From assembly GCA_964467905.1 (NCBI GenBank), contig CAYXSY010000004.1, positions 1,182-65,181 on the forward strand: a stretch of DNA of 64,000 bases, written 5' to 3'. Positions within the stretch are counted from its first letter, which is position 1. The number at the start of each line of letters is the position of its first letter. This stretch comes from an uncultured Planctomycetales bacterium. GTDB lineage: Bacteria > Omnitrophota > Gorgyraeia > Gygaellales > Profunditerraquicolaceae. The position numbers were made by a program, and so were the translations under genes. The notes beneath the pieces were generated by a model. That model saw only the letters and a list, made by a program, of their open reading frames with translations, ran no database searches and had not been told where the DNA came from. Below, one piece after another: positions 34,092-44,248 of the stretch.

Positions 34092-35810
34092 TTGAATTAT
34101 CTTAGCGAAAATAACATCTATATATTTCTGTTGCAAATCTTCCTGCTTTTGGGTTCAGCCAGAGTGCTCGGTGAGCTATTCCGCAGGTGGAGGCAGCCGC
34201 CTTTGACCGCAGAAATAATAGTCGGGCTTATTTTCGGGCCGACTATCCTCGGCAGGTTTTTCCCTACTCTGCATCAATTCATATTTCCTTTAGATCCTGT
34301 ACAGCAGGGGATGCTTGATACAGTTGCCTGGCTGGGTGTCTTGTTTTTGCTTCTTGAGACCGGGCTGGAGATAGACTTTTCCAGCGCCTGGAGGCAGAGG
34401 GGTGATGCTTTAAAGATTGCCTTGTCAGATATCATTATCCCTATGGTCATCGCTTTTGTCCCTTGTTTTTTCCTGCCGGATTATTATCTTGCTAATATTG
34501 ATAGAAGATTAATCTTTGCTGTCTTTATGGCTACGGTAATGACTATAAGTGCTATGCCTATTACCGCCAGGGCGTTGCATGATTTAAAATTATCAAAGAG
34601 CGATTTAGGTTTCTTGATTATGTCGGCTCTTTCCGTAAATGATATTATCGGTTGGCTGATTTTTACGATAGTCCTGGGGATTTTTACCCAGACAAGTTTT
34701 AACTTAGGCGGATCGGTAATAATATTTTTATCTACAATAGGTTTTACGGTGTTTTGCCTTAGTTGGGGGAGGAGGTTTGCTGATTATGTTATTTCAAAGA
34801 TTAACTCAAACAGACTACCCGAACCTTCAAGCTCGCTTACTTTTATTTGCCTTTTAGGCTTCTTATGCGGAGCTATTACGCAAAGATTCGGGATACATGC
34901 TTTATTTGGTTTCTTCTTAGCAGGAATAATTGCCGGTGAAGCTAAGGCTCTTTCGGAGAGAACGCGCCAGATTATTTCCCAGATGGTTTATGCTTTATTC
35001 GTGCCGATTTTCTTCGTGAATATAGGCTTGAAAGTAGACTTCTATGCTAATTTTGACCTTTTTCTTGTATCATTACTTTCTGTTATTGGCATATCGGCTA
35101 GATTCATCGGGGCATGGCTTGGCGTAAATTTTACTAAGGTAGACAAGACGAATCGTCTTGCTATAGCTATTGCGCATATCCCCGGAGGCGTGATGGAGAT
35201 AGTTGTAGGTTTGCTTGCCTTAGAATATAAGCTTATTACCGAGCCGGTTTTTGTTGCAATTGTCTTTAGTGCAGTTCTCTCTTCGGTGATATTGGGTCCA
35301 TGGTTAAGCTATGCCATTAATAAGCGCAAACAAATAGCGATACTGGAGTTTTTCTCCCGTGCAGCGGTTATTCCTGATTTAGTTGTTTCGGGCAGGGATG
35401 AAGCAATAAAGAAGCTTTGTGAAGTTGTTTCCGTTCAGGAAGAGATGCCAGATGCAGCGCCGTTATACTCTGCGGTGCTCAACCGCGAGAATGTTATGGG
35501 TACGGCAGTAGAAGACGGGATTGCTGTGCCGCATGCAAGGGGAGTCTTTGTAAAAAAGCCGGTTATTGCCTTCGGCAGATCCACTTCGGGGATAGAATGG
35601 AATGCTCCCGACGGAAGCCCATCTAATTTCATCTTTTTAATATTAATCCCTTCCGATAATGATGTTCAAGTGCAGATATTATCTTCGATAATGAAAGCTT
35701 TTAGCGATAAAGAAGCAAGGGGCAGGTTAAAACAGGCAAGGGATTCCCAGGAGATATGGAGTCTTTTCCAGGAAGTATTTTCTGCGCACATTATTGTGAA
35801 AAAGGCATAA
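34092..35810 (+). CDS. cation:proton antiporter with C-terminal PTS EIIA(Ntr/Fru)-like domain
   Basis: Polytopic exchanger region followed by ...GTAVEDGIAVPHAR... (EIIA-2 His motif). The start codon is uncertain (non-ATG in the track). Confidence 0.75.
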   Translation: MNYLSENNIYIFLLQIFLLLGSARVLGELFRRWRQPPLTAEIIVGLIFGPTILGRFFPTLHQFIFPLDPVQQGMLDTVAWLGVLFLLLETGLEIDFSSAWRQRGDALKIALSDIIIPMVIAFVPCFFLPDYYLANIDRRLIFAVFMATVMTISAMPITARALHDLKLSKSDLGFLIMSALSVNDIIGWLIFTIVLGIFTQTSFNLGGSVIIFLSTIGFTVFCLSWGRRFADYVISKINSNRLPEPSSSLTFICLLGFLCGAITQRFGIHALFGFFLAGIIAGEAKALSERTRQIISQMVYALFVPIFFVNIGLKVDFYANFDLFLVSLLSVIGISARFIGAWLGVNFTKVDKTNRLAIAIAHIPGGVMEIVVGLLALEYKLITEPVFVAIVFSAVLSSVILGPWLSYAINKRKQIAILEFFSRAAVIPDLVVSGRDEAIKKLCEVVSVQEEMPDAAPLYSAVLNRENVMGTAVEDGIAVPHARGVFVKKPVIAFGRSTSGIEWNAPDGSPSNFIFLILIPSDNDVQVQILSSIMKAFSDKEARGRLKQARDSQEIWSLFQEVFSAHIIVKKA

Positions 35811-35863
35811 GATATCAGGGTAAGAGTTACTCTAAATTTATTTAACTAGGAGGTATATTAAAA

Positions 35864-36625
35864 ATGAAACAATGGTATGAAGCATTATATGAGAATTACG
35901 CGCATAAATACGATAAGGAATGTTTTGTGCAGGGGACTATAGGTGAATGTGATTTTATTGAGCAGGAAATTAATCATGATAAATCGTTAAAAATTATTGA
36001 TATTGGCTGTGGCACTGGACGCCATGCGATTGAATTAGCCAAGAGAGGCTATCAGACTACCGGTATAGATCTTTCAGAGTCGCAGCTTAAGAGGGCAAGA
36101 GAAAAAGCAAAAGAGCAGGGGGTAGAAATCGACTTTCAGAGACATGACGCCAGAAATCTTCCTTTTGAAGGCAAGTTTGATCTGGCGATTATGTTGTGTG
36201 AGGGCGGTTTTTCTTTGATGGAAACGGATGAAATGAATTTCGAAATATTAAAGAATGCGACAAAGGCCTTAAAAGATAAGGGAAAGTTTATATTCACGAC
36301 ATTAAACGGATTATTCCCGCTATATCATTCCGTCAAGGAATTTTATGAGTCCGCGGCCAAAGAAGGTAATTCAGCGTGTAAAAATTGCTCTTTCGATTTG
36401 ATGACGTTCCGGGACCACAACACCGTTGTGTTTGAGGACGATGCGGGAAACAAAAAGGAATTAACCTGTAACGAGCGCTACTATGTGCCAAGCGAAATTA
36501 CATGGCTTTTAAAGACATTGGGGTATAAGAAAATCGATATTTTCGGCGCTAAGCTTGGAGCTTTTTCGCGCAAAGACAAGCTGGCTACGGAAGATTTTGA
36601 GATGCTTATTATCGCGCAAAAATAG
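35864..36625 (+). CDS. class I SAM-dependent methyltransferase
   Basis: IIDIGCGTGRH motif I. Confidence 0.8.
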   Translation: MKQWYEALYENYAHKYDKECFVQGTIGECDFIEQEINHDKSLKIIDIGCGTGRHAIELAKRGYQTTGIDLSESQLKRAREKAKEQGVEIDFQRHDARNLPFEGKFDLAIMLCEGGFSLMETDEMNFEILKNATKALKDKGKFIFTTLNGLFPLYHSVKEFYESAAKEGNSACKNCSFDLMTFRDHNTVVFEDDAGNKKELTCNERYYVPSEITWLLKTLGYKKIDIFGAKLGAFSRKDKLATEDFEMLIIAQK

Positions 36626-36715
36626 CCGCCAATCGACATAGCAGATGTAGATTTAATAATTGTAAGATTGGTAGGTAGGAAATTTAACACAAGTAAGAAA
36701 AGAGGAGAGTATATT

Positions 36716-37246
36716 ATGATGCCGGTAGGTCCTTTGATGCAGGAGCACAGGCTTATTGAACGAATGATAAGAATAATGGGTGCAAGGCTTGAGACCGCAA
36801 AAAAGGATGGTAGAATTGACCCTTTGTTTGTAGAGATAGCTGTAGACTTTATCCGGGTTTACGCTGATCAGTGTCATCACGGTAAAGAGGAAGACATATT
36901 GTTTAGAGATCTGGCTAAAAAGAATCTCTCGGAAGAGCACAATAGAATTATGAACGAGCTTATAAAAGAGCATATCCTTGGAAGAAATAACTTAAAGAAG
37001 CTTTCCGAAGCAAAAGAAAGCTATATCCAGGAAGATAAAGAAGCGCTAAAGGATATCATAAAGAATATGGAAGCATTGGTCAATTTCTATCCGCTCCATA
37101 TAGAAAAAGAGGATAAGCACTTTTTTATCCCTTGCATGGATTATTTTTCAGATAAAGAAAAAGAGAATATGTTAAAAGAAATGCGGGATTTTGATAAGAA
37201 TATGATCCATAAAAAATACGGGAAAGTTGTAGAAGGCCTAGAATAA
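36716..37246 (+). CDS. hemerythrin-like metal-binding domain protein
   Basis: MQEHRLIERM...CHHGKEEDILF...HIEKEDKHFF His/Glu ligand pattern. ATG at 36716 follows a GAGGAG RBS. Confidence 0.75.
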   Translation: MMPVGPLMQEHRLIERMIRIMGARLETAKKDGRIDPLFVEIAVDFIRVYADQCHHGKEEDILFRDLAKKNLSEEHNRIMNELIKEHILGRNNLKKLSEAKESYIQEDKEALKDIIKNMEALVNFYPLHIEKEDKHFFIPCMDYFSDKEKENMLKEMRDFDKNMIHKKYGKVVEGLE

Positions 37247-37252
37247 AGTGAG

Positions 37253-37564
37253 GTGCAGATGCAACCTGCTAAATTAGTTGATATGGTGAATTATCAGGAT
37301 GGCTCTATTGTCAGCAGAGAGGTCATTAAGAAAGAAACAGGCACGGTTACATTATTTGCTTTTGACAAAGGGCAAGGCTTAAGCGAGCATACCGCGCCGT
37401 TTGAGGCATTGGTTAATGTTATTGAGGGGCAGGCTCGGGTGAGGATATCTGCAGAGGTTTTCATTGTAAAAGAGGGAGAGCTGATAATTATGCCTGCGGA
37501 TAAGCCGCATTCCATACAGGCAATAGAAAGATTCAAAATGCTCTTAGTATTAGTTAAGAAATAG
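37253..37564 (+). CDS. cupin domain protein
   Basis: About 100 aa. GLSEHTAPFEALVNVIEGQARV...IMPADKPHSI cupin motifs. The start could be GTG 37253 or ATG 37259. Confidence 0.75.
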   Translation: MQMQPAKLVDMVNYQDGSIVSREVIKKETGTVTLFAFDKGQGLSEHTAPFEALVNVIEGQARVRISAEVFIVKEGELIIMPADKPHSIQAIERFKMLLVLVKK

Positions 37565-37696
37565 CGCGGGGTTATATTTTTAGGTTCCAGATTTAATATC
37601 GATAAGAAAAAAAATAAGGAAAAGTTCTTTATCTACACCAATTTTATGTTTTTACAAAACCAGGAGTAAAGATAGGAATTAGAGAAAAGATAACAA

Positions 37697-39127
37697 ATGT
37701 TAATAGCACGTAAAATAATTTTTTATTTGTTTTTGCTGATTTATTGCATTCTTTGTCCGATTCTTATAATGTATTCATTCGGTTATATCTTGAATCCGGT
37801 CAACAAAGAGATTGCGCAAACCGGATTAATCCATATTGAAACCATCCCTGCCGGGGCCGATATTTTCCTTGGAAGAAGCCATTATGAATACAAGACGCCG
37901 GCATCTATTGTTAATCTAGTCCCCGGGCAATATCAAATTACGGTTAAATTAAAAGGGCATCGTTTATGGAGTCACGAAGTTTCGGTTAGAGAAGGTCAAT
38001 CTTCGGCTTTTAATAATATCTTGCTTTTGCCCAAGAAATTAAATCCCAAAATACTTATATCCCAGCCAGATTATCAAAATCTAATATTATTGCCTGAAAC
38101 GAATAGCTTTATCCTCAGAAAGAGTCCTCAGCTCAAAGATTTCTATATCTTTGATTGGGGGAAGGGCCAGTTACAGCCATTACTTAAAAGATATGGCGTA
38201 TATACTGACTTTCTGGTTTCGGACATATATCCGCGGATGGGAAACAAGAAAATAGTTATCTTTGGTGGTTCATTATGGAATAAGAAGTTTTATCTGATTG
38301 ATTTAGGGGATAGAGATCAACCTATAGTCGATATCACAAAACTCTTTGACGGTAAACCCAATAAATTTGTATGGAATACGGTATATAAAAATAATTGTTT
38401 TGCTATTTATAATGATTATGTCAATCGCTTAGATCTTAAAGAGATGTCGCTTTACCCGAAATTCATAGAAGATGTGAAGGGTTTTGGTCTGTCGGATAGA
38501 TGGCTGTATTCTTTGGGGAAGGATAATAGAATTTCGAAGATGACTTTAGATGAAGCTCATCGCGTGATAATATTTGAGGACAGAAATTTTGGTAAAAATA
38601 TTTTTAATAAATCACACTTTTATGAAATAAAATTTATCAGTGACGAAAATATTCTTTTCCTTGGGAATAAGGGCGATTTGATTATGACCTTGCCTCCCTT
38701 TGTTATATCAGAGAGCGGAGTATTGGGGACAAGCTATCATAACCCCAGTCAAAAACTCCTATTTTGGTCAAAAAACACGATTGGAGTGGTCGATTTTACG
38801 CAAGGTGACGGGGAAGGCTTACTGTTTTCCGATAGGATTATCGTAAAGACTGTTTATGCACAAGGAAAAAATATTATACAATGTTTTTGGGCTTATGACG
38901 GGACTCATGTTATATTCAGAGATGGGGCTGGAGTTTTCCTATTGGAATTGTTGTCTGGAGCTAAGCCTCACATTGAACCTATCGTCAACACTAAAAATAA
39001 TAGCGACGTATTATATTCTGATGAAACCGGAAGTCTATATTATTTGGACCCTAAAGGGAGGTTGTTAACCCAAAAAATAATTCCTTCCGCTCCTTTTATT
39101 GAAACTGACCAAGAAAAGGAAGAATAA
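37697..39127 (+). CDS. membrane-anchored PEGA domain protein with a large extracytoplasmic domain
   Basis: N-terminal TM helix. PEGA pattern IETIPAGADIFLG...YKTPASIVNLVPGQYQITVKLKGH. Confidence 0.65.
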   Translation: MLIARKIIFYLFLLIYCILCPILIMYSFGYILNPVNKEIAQTGLIHIETIPAGADIFLGRSHYEYKTPASIVNLVPGQYQITVKLKGHRLWSHEVSVREGQSSAFNNILLLPKKLNPKILISQPDYQNLILLPETNSFILRKSPQLKDFYIFDWGKGQLQPLLKRYGVYTDFLVSDIYPRMGNKKIVIFGGSLWNKKFYLIDLGDRDQPIVDITKLFDGKPNKFVWNTVYKNNCFAIYNDYVNRLDLKEMSLYPKFIEDVKGFGLSDRWLYSLGKDNRISKMTLDEAHRVIIFEDRNFGKNIFNKSHFYEIKFISDENILFLGNKGDLIMTLPPFVISESGVLGTSYHNPSQKLLFWSKNTIGVVDFTQGDGEGLLFSDRIIVKTVYAQGKNIIQCFWAYDGTHVIFRDGAGVFLLELLSGAKPHIEPIVNTKNNSDVLYSDETGSLYYLDPKGRLLTQKIIPSAPFIETDQEKEE

Positions 39128-39129
39128 GA

Positions 39130-40770
39130 ATGAATTTTAATTATTCCCGGCATGAAACCGAAGGCAGGGAAGCAAAGCTCCAGCGGTTACTTGAAATCTT
39201 CCCAGGGCTCTTAAGTTGGGGAATCATCATCGGAATATGTGTTCTTTCCGTCATGAAACCGCTTATTGCTGCCGTTTTCATGATCGCATTTCTTCTGTAT
39301 TGGCTGTTTAGGATACTTTATATGAATATTTTCCTCATTCTTTCTTATGCCCGTCTTGAAATCGAGAAAGATATTGATTGGCTTGAGCGTATTTCAGCCA
39401 TAGATAAATTAAAATCGCAAGCCCCGCTTTTTTGTGACTTGAGTAAAATTAAGGGTATTAAAGGTAAGCTATCTGCCAGTATGCATTGCCGGCAATTACT
39501 ATGCCTTAAGAAAGCCGATAAGTTGCCGCCTTTATCTAATGATATATATCATCTGGTTATTTTTCCTGTTATCCGGGAAAACTTTGAGGTTGTTGAACCG
39601 GGTATCAAAGCAATAAAAAATGGAACATATCCGTCTAATAGGTTTTTGGTGATAATTGCCCTTGAAGAAACGGCCCAGGATGAAGTAAAGCAGGATATGG
39701 ATAAAATTAAAGAAAAGTACAAAAGCGAATTTTTAGATTTGTTTGTCGTGCTCCATCCAGCGAATCAGCCCGCAGAGGCCAGGGTGAAAGGAGCTAATAC
39801 GACATTCGCCGCTAAATATGCGCAAGATTATTTCAATAAAAAGAATATCCCTGCTGAAAATGTGCTCGCGTCATGTTTTGACGCCGATACTGTGGCAAAT
39901 CCAGACTACTTTAGCTGCCTGACTTATTATTTTATGATTAACCCGAATAGGTCGAATTCAAGTTATCAGCCGATACCAGTCTACCATAACAATATATGGG
40001 AAGTCCCAGGATTTGCCAGAATCATTGATATAGGAACGTCATTTTTCCAGCTCATTGAAGCGACTAATCCAAGTAAGCTCGTTACATTTTCCAGCCATAG
40101 CATGAGTTTTGCTACGTTGCGTGATGTCGGATATTGGCCGGTTGATATGATTTCCGATGATTCGGCTATATTCTGGAAGGCATTTATCCATTATGAGGGC
40201 GATTATCACGTAACGCCTATCTATACAACTGTTTCTATGGATGTTGTAACCGGGCCTACGCTTAAGAAGACTTTTGTCGCTATTTATAAACAGAAACGTA
40301 GATGGGCTTGGGGGGTAGAGAATCTTCCCATTGTCATCAGGGCATTTTTGCGGTTAAATAAGATAAGCTGGAAACAAAAAATAAGTTACGGTTATAAACT
40401 TTTCGATTCATTTATTTCATGGTCAACTTGGTCATTTTTACTATTATTCGGGAGTTGGCTGCCAGCATTTTTTGCTTCTAGGGAATTTGCTTCTAGCACT
40501 GTTTATTATACAGCTCCGCGTATTCGTGGAGTTATGTTTGGCTTGGCTTCTATTGGAATTGTGGTTTGCATGATAATAAGTTTGCTATTGCTTCCAAGGA
40601 AGAATGGGAAATACAGCATTTTTATTAAAGTTAAACATGCCTTTGAATGGCTTTTGATTCCGGTTATTATTTTGTTTTTGAGCGCAGCTCCGGCCTTAGA
40701 CGCACAAACACGATTGATGTTTGGCAAATATATGGAATTCTGGGTGACAGATAAGTTTAGGAAAAACTAA
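39130..40770 (+). CDS. family-2 glycosyltransferase, membrane-integrated, processive-type (QxxRW)
   Basis: CFDADT (DxD-like) and QKRRWAWG (QxxRW) motifs, flanked by N- and C-terminal TM helices. 3 nt after the PEGA gene. Confidence 0.7.
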   Translation: MNFNYSRHETEGREAKLQRLLEIFPGLLSWGIIIGICVLSVMKPLIAAVFMIAFLLYWLFRILYMNIFLILSYARLEIEKDIDWLERISAIDKLKSQAPLFCDLSKIKGIKGKLSASMHCRQLLCLKKADKLPPLSNDIYHLVIFPVIRENFEVVEPGIKAIKNGTYPSNRFLVIIALEETAQDEVKQDMDKIKEKYKSEFLDLFVVLHPANQPAEARVKGANTTFAAKYAQDYFNKKNIPAENVLASCFDADTVANPDYFSCLTYYFMINPNRSNSSYQPIPVYHNNIWEVPGFARIIDIGTSFFQLIEATNPSKLVTFSSHSMSFATLRDVGYWPVDMISDDSAIFWKAFIHYEGDYHVTPIYTTVSMDVVTGPTLKKTFVAIYKQKRRWAWGVENLPIVIRAFLRLNKISWKQKISYGYKLFDSFISWSTWSFLLLFGSWLPAFFASREFASSTVYYTAPRIRGVMFGLASIGIVVCMIISLLLLPRKNGKYSIFIKVKHAFEWLLIPVIILFLSAAPALDAQTRLMFGKYMEFWVTDKFRKN

Positions 40771-40880
40771 TAATCGTTATCGGATTCGGTTAAGACCGGT
40801 ATCGGTATGTCAGGTTTTGGTGTGCAGAATTTATCAGGGGCTAAAAAATATTATTAATCGTTAACTAAAAAGGAGGGATT

Positions 40881-41267
40881 ATGGTCAGGAGGATATTGTG
40901 CGTTGTTGTTAGTTTGATTATCGCTGTGAATTTGTGCGGATGTGCTTTGTTATTGGCAGGCGCTGCGGGCGGGGCAGGAACAGCGTTTTGGTTATCAGGC
41001 AAACTAAGTGACGAGGTAAGCGCTTCTTACGAAAAGACTATAGGCGCTACAAAGAGGGCGTTGAGTTCTCTTAATATGGCAGTTGTTAAAGAAACAAGGT
41101 CAGATGAAGTGGCACAGATAAAAAGTAACTATACCGATGGGAGCGAAGTCTGGATTGATATACGTCCGCTTACAGAAAAAAGCTCGAAAATCGAAATCCG
41201 TGTTGGTATAAAGGGAAATAAAGAAGCTTCAACCAAGATATTAGAAAGGATTAAAAGATATCTCTAA
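40881..41267 (+). CDS. small lipoprotein (DUF3568-like)
   Basis: Signal peptide ending in the lipobox-like NLCGC. Confidence 0.55.
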   Translation: MVRRILCVVVSLIIAVNLCGCALLLAGAAGGAGTAFWLSGKLSDEVSASYEKTIGATKRALSSLNMAVVKETRSDEVAQIKSNYTDGSEVWIDIRPLTEKSSKIEIRVGIKGNKEASTKILERIKRYL

Positions 41268-41326
41268 ATATTAATTTAGGGTATCGGCTAACTCCGTGCC
41301 TTTTTAACAAAAAATAATAATAGTCG

Positions 41327-42526
41327 ATGAATAAAGAAGTGTCAGAATTACATAGCGCTATGGATAGAGAAAAGGAAGGAAGAAATAAGGCTTTTATTTA
41401 TACCTTCGGATGTCAGATGAATGTCCGGGATTCGGAGGTAATCGCTGGGTTGCTTAAGAACGCTGGATATGTAATTAGCGATGATGAAGCAGGTGTTGAT
41501 ATCGCTATTTTTAATACCTGTTCGGTACGTCAACATGCCGAGGATAAAGTTTGGAGCGCAGTGGGCCGTTCCAAGGCTAAGGTTATTGGGGTTGTTGGGT
41601 GTATGGCTAACAATTACCGCGAAGCAATATTTGAAAAGGCGCCGAAGGTTGATTTTGTAGTAGGGACTGCCGATATCTCTAAAATCCCCGGGATTATAAA
41701 AGAAATAGAGAAACACAAGAATAGCCCTTTTGAGAAGAAGATTTATGAAACAGATGCTGATTTCAGGGAAGATGAAATTTACCATACTGGATTTCATTTG
41801 GATAGAGAACACGCCTTTGTGGTGATTTCGGAAGGCTGCGAGAATTTTTGTTCTTACTGTGTTGTGCCTTATGTGCGCGGGAAGTTACGCTCCCGTAATT
41901 TTGAAGATGTCATTAGCGAGATTAAAGAAGACATAGCATGCGGCATTAAAAAGATTACTCTTTTGGGCCAGAACGTAAATGCCTATCATTCAAAATCTCC
42001 AAGCTATAAGATTACTAATTCCGAAGTAAATTTTCCCGCATTACTTAAGTTGGTTGACGGGATTAATGGGTTGGATGAATTTGGCTTTGTTACTTCTCAT
42101 CCGAAAGATACGGGTGATGATTTATTCGGTGCCATGAGTGAGTGTTCTAAGCTTAAGAAATATTTGCATCTTCCGGTGCAGTCCGGTTCAGACCGTATTT
42201 TGAAGCTGATGAATCGCGGCTATACAAGAAGATTTTATTTGGATTTAGTCGCTAATTATCGTAGAATTGTTAAAGGTGGAGCGCTTACCACTGATATAAT
42301 CGTAGGGTTTCCAGGTGAAACAGAGCGTGATTTTCAGGATACTTATGATTTAGTAAAAGATGTGGAATTTAATGCCGCTTTTATATTCAAATATTCGCCC
42401 CGGCCGCATACCGAGGCTTTGAAATTTATGGATGATGTTCCTAAAGAAGAGAAGGAAAGAAGGCACGCGTTAGTACTTCAACTACAGAAAGAGATATCAA
42501 GAAAGAATGGTAAAAACCGAGCATAA
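41327..42526 (+). CDS. miaB: tRNA methylthiotransferase MiaB-like radical SAM enzyme, apparently lacking the TRAM domain
   Basis: FIYTFGCQMN (UPF0004 domain) and CENFCSYCVVPYVRG (CxxxCxxC). The protein ends ~40 aa after the radical SAM core. Confidence 0.8.
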   Translation: MNKEVSELHSAMDREKEGRNKAFIYTFGCQMNVRDSEVIAGLLKNAGYVISDDEAGVDIAIFNTCSVRQHAEDKVWSAVGRSKAKVIGVVGCMANNYREAIFEKAPKVDFVVGTADISKIPGIIKEIEKHKNSPFEKKIYETDADFREDEIYHTGFHLDREHAFVVISEGCENFCSYCVVPYVRGKLRSRNFEDVISEIKEDIACGIKKITLLGQNVNAYHSKSPSYKITNSEVNFPALLKLVDGINGLDEFGFVTSHPKDTGDDLFGAMSECSKLKKYLHLPVQSGSDRILKLMNRGYTRRFYLDLVANYRRIVKGGALTTDIIVGFPGETERDFQDTYDLVKDVEFNAAFIFKYSPRPHTEALKFMDDVPKEEKERRHALVLQLQKEISRKNGKNRA

Positions 42527-43292
42527 ATTCAAACTATGTTTTGTCATTTGTGTTTTGGCATTTGGATTTCTCAATAGTGCCTATGCCATGAATTTTGATG
42601 CCTTGAAGATGTATTATCTGCAGGGAGAATATAAGCAGGCTATAAAAGAAGGCGAACGGCTGGTTGCACAGGCTAACCATTCAAGCGGCGCTGATGAACT
42701 TTATTATATCCTGGCGTTGAGTTATCTTAAGGATGGCAATTATCTGCGCGCATCCGATATCTTCGAGATTATTCTGAATGAATTCTCCGGTACTTCTTTG
42801 AGAGAGAAAGCAAAGTTAGGTTTAGCCGATACTTATTTCTTCAGAGGAGATTTCTTAAAAGCCCAAAGTCAATATAAAGACATACTCCAGAGTAACCCTT
42901 CAACAAATCTTAGGCCGCAGATTTATTATCGTTTAAGCCGCGTAGCGCAAAAGACAGGTGATACTGCAGAGGCCGATGAATATGCGTCTAAACTTAAGTC
43001 CGAATTTCCGTTAAATGTAGAAGCCATTGTTAATAATGAATGCATATTTACGGAGGCGTCTTCGGGATCTTTCTATAGCGTTCAGGTTGGTTCATTTTCC
43101 GATTCTTCTAATGCTTATAACCTGCGTGATAAGCTTATAGGATCCGGTTATCAGGCTTTTATTGAAGATACCGATGATTCTTCCGGGAAAATGTATCGGG
43201 TAAAAGTAGGTAAATTACAAAAGCAGGAAGACGCCGCATTACTTGCAGATAAGTTATCCCGGGAAGGTTACCCTACTAAAATCTGCCCTTGA
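42507..43292 (+). CDS. TPR plus SPOR domain protein (peptidoglycan-binding)
   Basis: Signal sequence, TPR-like repeats, and a C-terminal SPOR pattern (YSVQVGSFSDSSNAYNLRDKL...YRVKVGKLQKQEDA). Confidence 0.75.
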   Translation: MVKTEHKFKLCFVICVLAFGFLNSAYAMNFDALKMYYLQGEYKQAIKEGERLVAQANHSSGADELYYILALSYLKDGNYLRASDIFEIILNEFSGTSLREKAKLGLADTYFFRGDFLKAQSQYKDILQSNPSTNLRPQIYYRLSRVAQKTGDTAEADEYASKLKSEFPLNVEAIVNNECIFTEASSGSFYSVQVGSFSDSSNAYNLRDKLIGSGYQAFIEDTDDSSGKMYRVKVGKLQKQEDAALLADKLSREGYPTKICP

Positions 43293-44245
43293 TGCCATAC
43301 CCCTTATCACATAGCTCATACCCCAAGATTATTTTTCTCGTTGGGCCAACGGCAGTGGGCAAGACTAAAGTCGCGCTTGCGCTAGCTAAGAAAATATCCG
43401 GAGAAATAATTTCCTGTGATTCCATGCAGATATACAAGGGCATGGATATAGTAACATCTAAGCCTTCGCCAAAAGACAGAAAAGCAGTCCCACATCATCT
43501 CATAGATTTTGTTTCTCCAAGAAGCCAGTATGATGTTTCTAAATACAGAAGAAAAGCCTTGGCTTATATTAATGATATTGTCAGGCGCGGCAAGATTCCG
43601 GTTCTTGTGGGTGGCACGGGGTTGTATATGTCCATGCTTATAGACGGTATATTCGAATTAAAGGCCAATAGCCAGAGCTTGCGTAACTCATTGTATAAAG
43701 AAGCAGCGAAGCATGGCAGTGCATACCTGCACCAGCGTCTTAGTAAAATAGATCCCCAGGCAGCGGCTAAAATACACCCGAATGACGCCAAGCGTATAAT
43801 AAGGGCGTTGGAGGTTTATAAACTTACAGGCAAAACCATATCGGAACTCAAAAATCAAAGAAAGGGCCTTTCAGATAGTTATGATGTCAGAGTATTTTGT
43901 TTGAATATGAATCGTTATATTTTATACAAAAGAATAGACAGGCGTGTGGATGAAATGTTTAAGCAGGGGCTTTTGAATGAGGTAAAGAAGCTGCTTAAGG
44001 TAAAATTAAGCCGGACTGCATATTACGCTATTGGCATCAGGGAACTGGAGGGATATCTTAATGGTAGACATGGTTTAGATGAAGCGGTATCTTTAATGAA
44101 GCGTAATAGCCGTAATTATTCCAAGAGGCAATTGACGTGGTTTCGCAAAGATAAACGTATTTGCTGGGTTAATATTAAAGATAAGGATAGGCCTCTAGGG
44201 GTAGCTCGTAAAATAATAAAGAAGCTGAATTCGGGGAGAATGTAG
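43289..44245 (+). CDS. miaA: tRNA dimethylallyltransferase
   Basis: GPTAVGKT P-loop, SCDSMQIYKGMDI, HHLID. Confidence 0.9.
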   Translation: MMPYPLSHSSYPKIIFLVGPTAVGKTKVALALAKKISGEIISCDSMQIYKGMDIVTSKPSPKDRKAVPHHLIDFVSPRSQYDVSKYRRKALAYINDIVRRGKIPVLVGGTGLYMSMLIDGIFELKANSQSLRNSLYKEAAKHGSAYLHQRLSKIDPQAAAKIHPNDAKRIIRALEVYKLTGKTISELKNQRKGLSDSYDVRVFCLNMNRYILYKRIDRRVDEMFKQGLLNEVKKLLKVKLSRTAYYAIGIRELEGYLNGRHGLDEAVSLMKRNSRNYSKRQLTWFRKDKRICWVNIKDKDRPLGVARKIIKKLNSGRM

Positions 44246-44248
44246 CAA

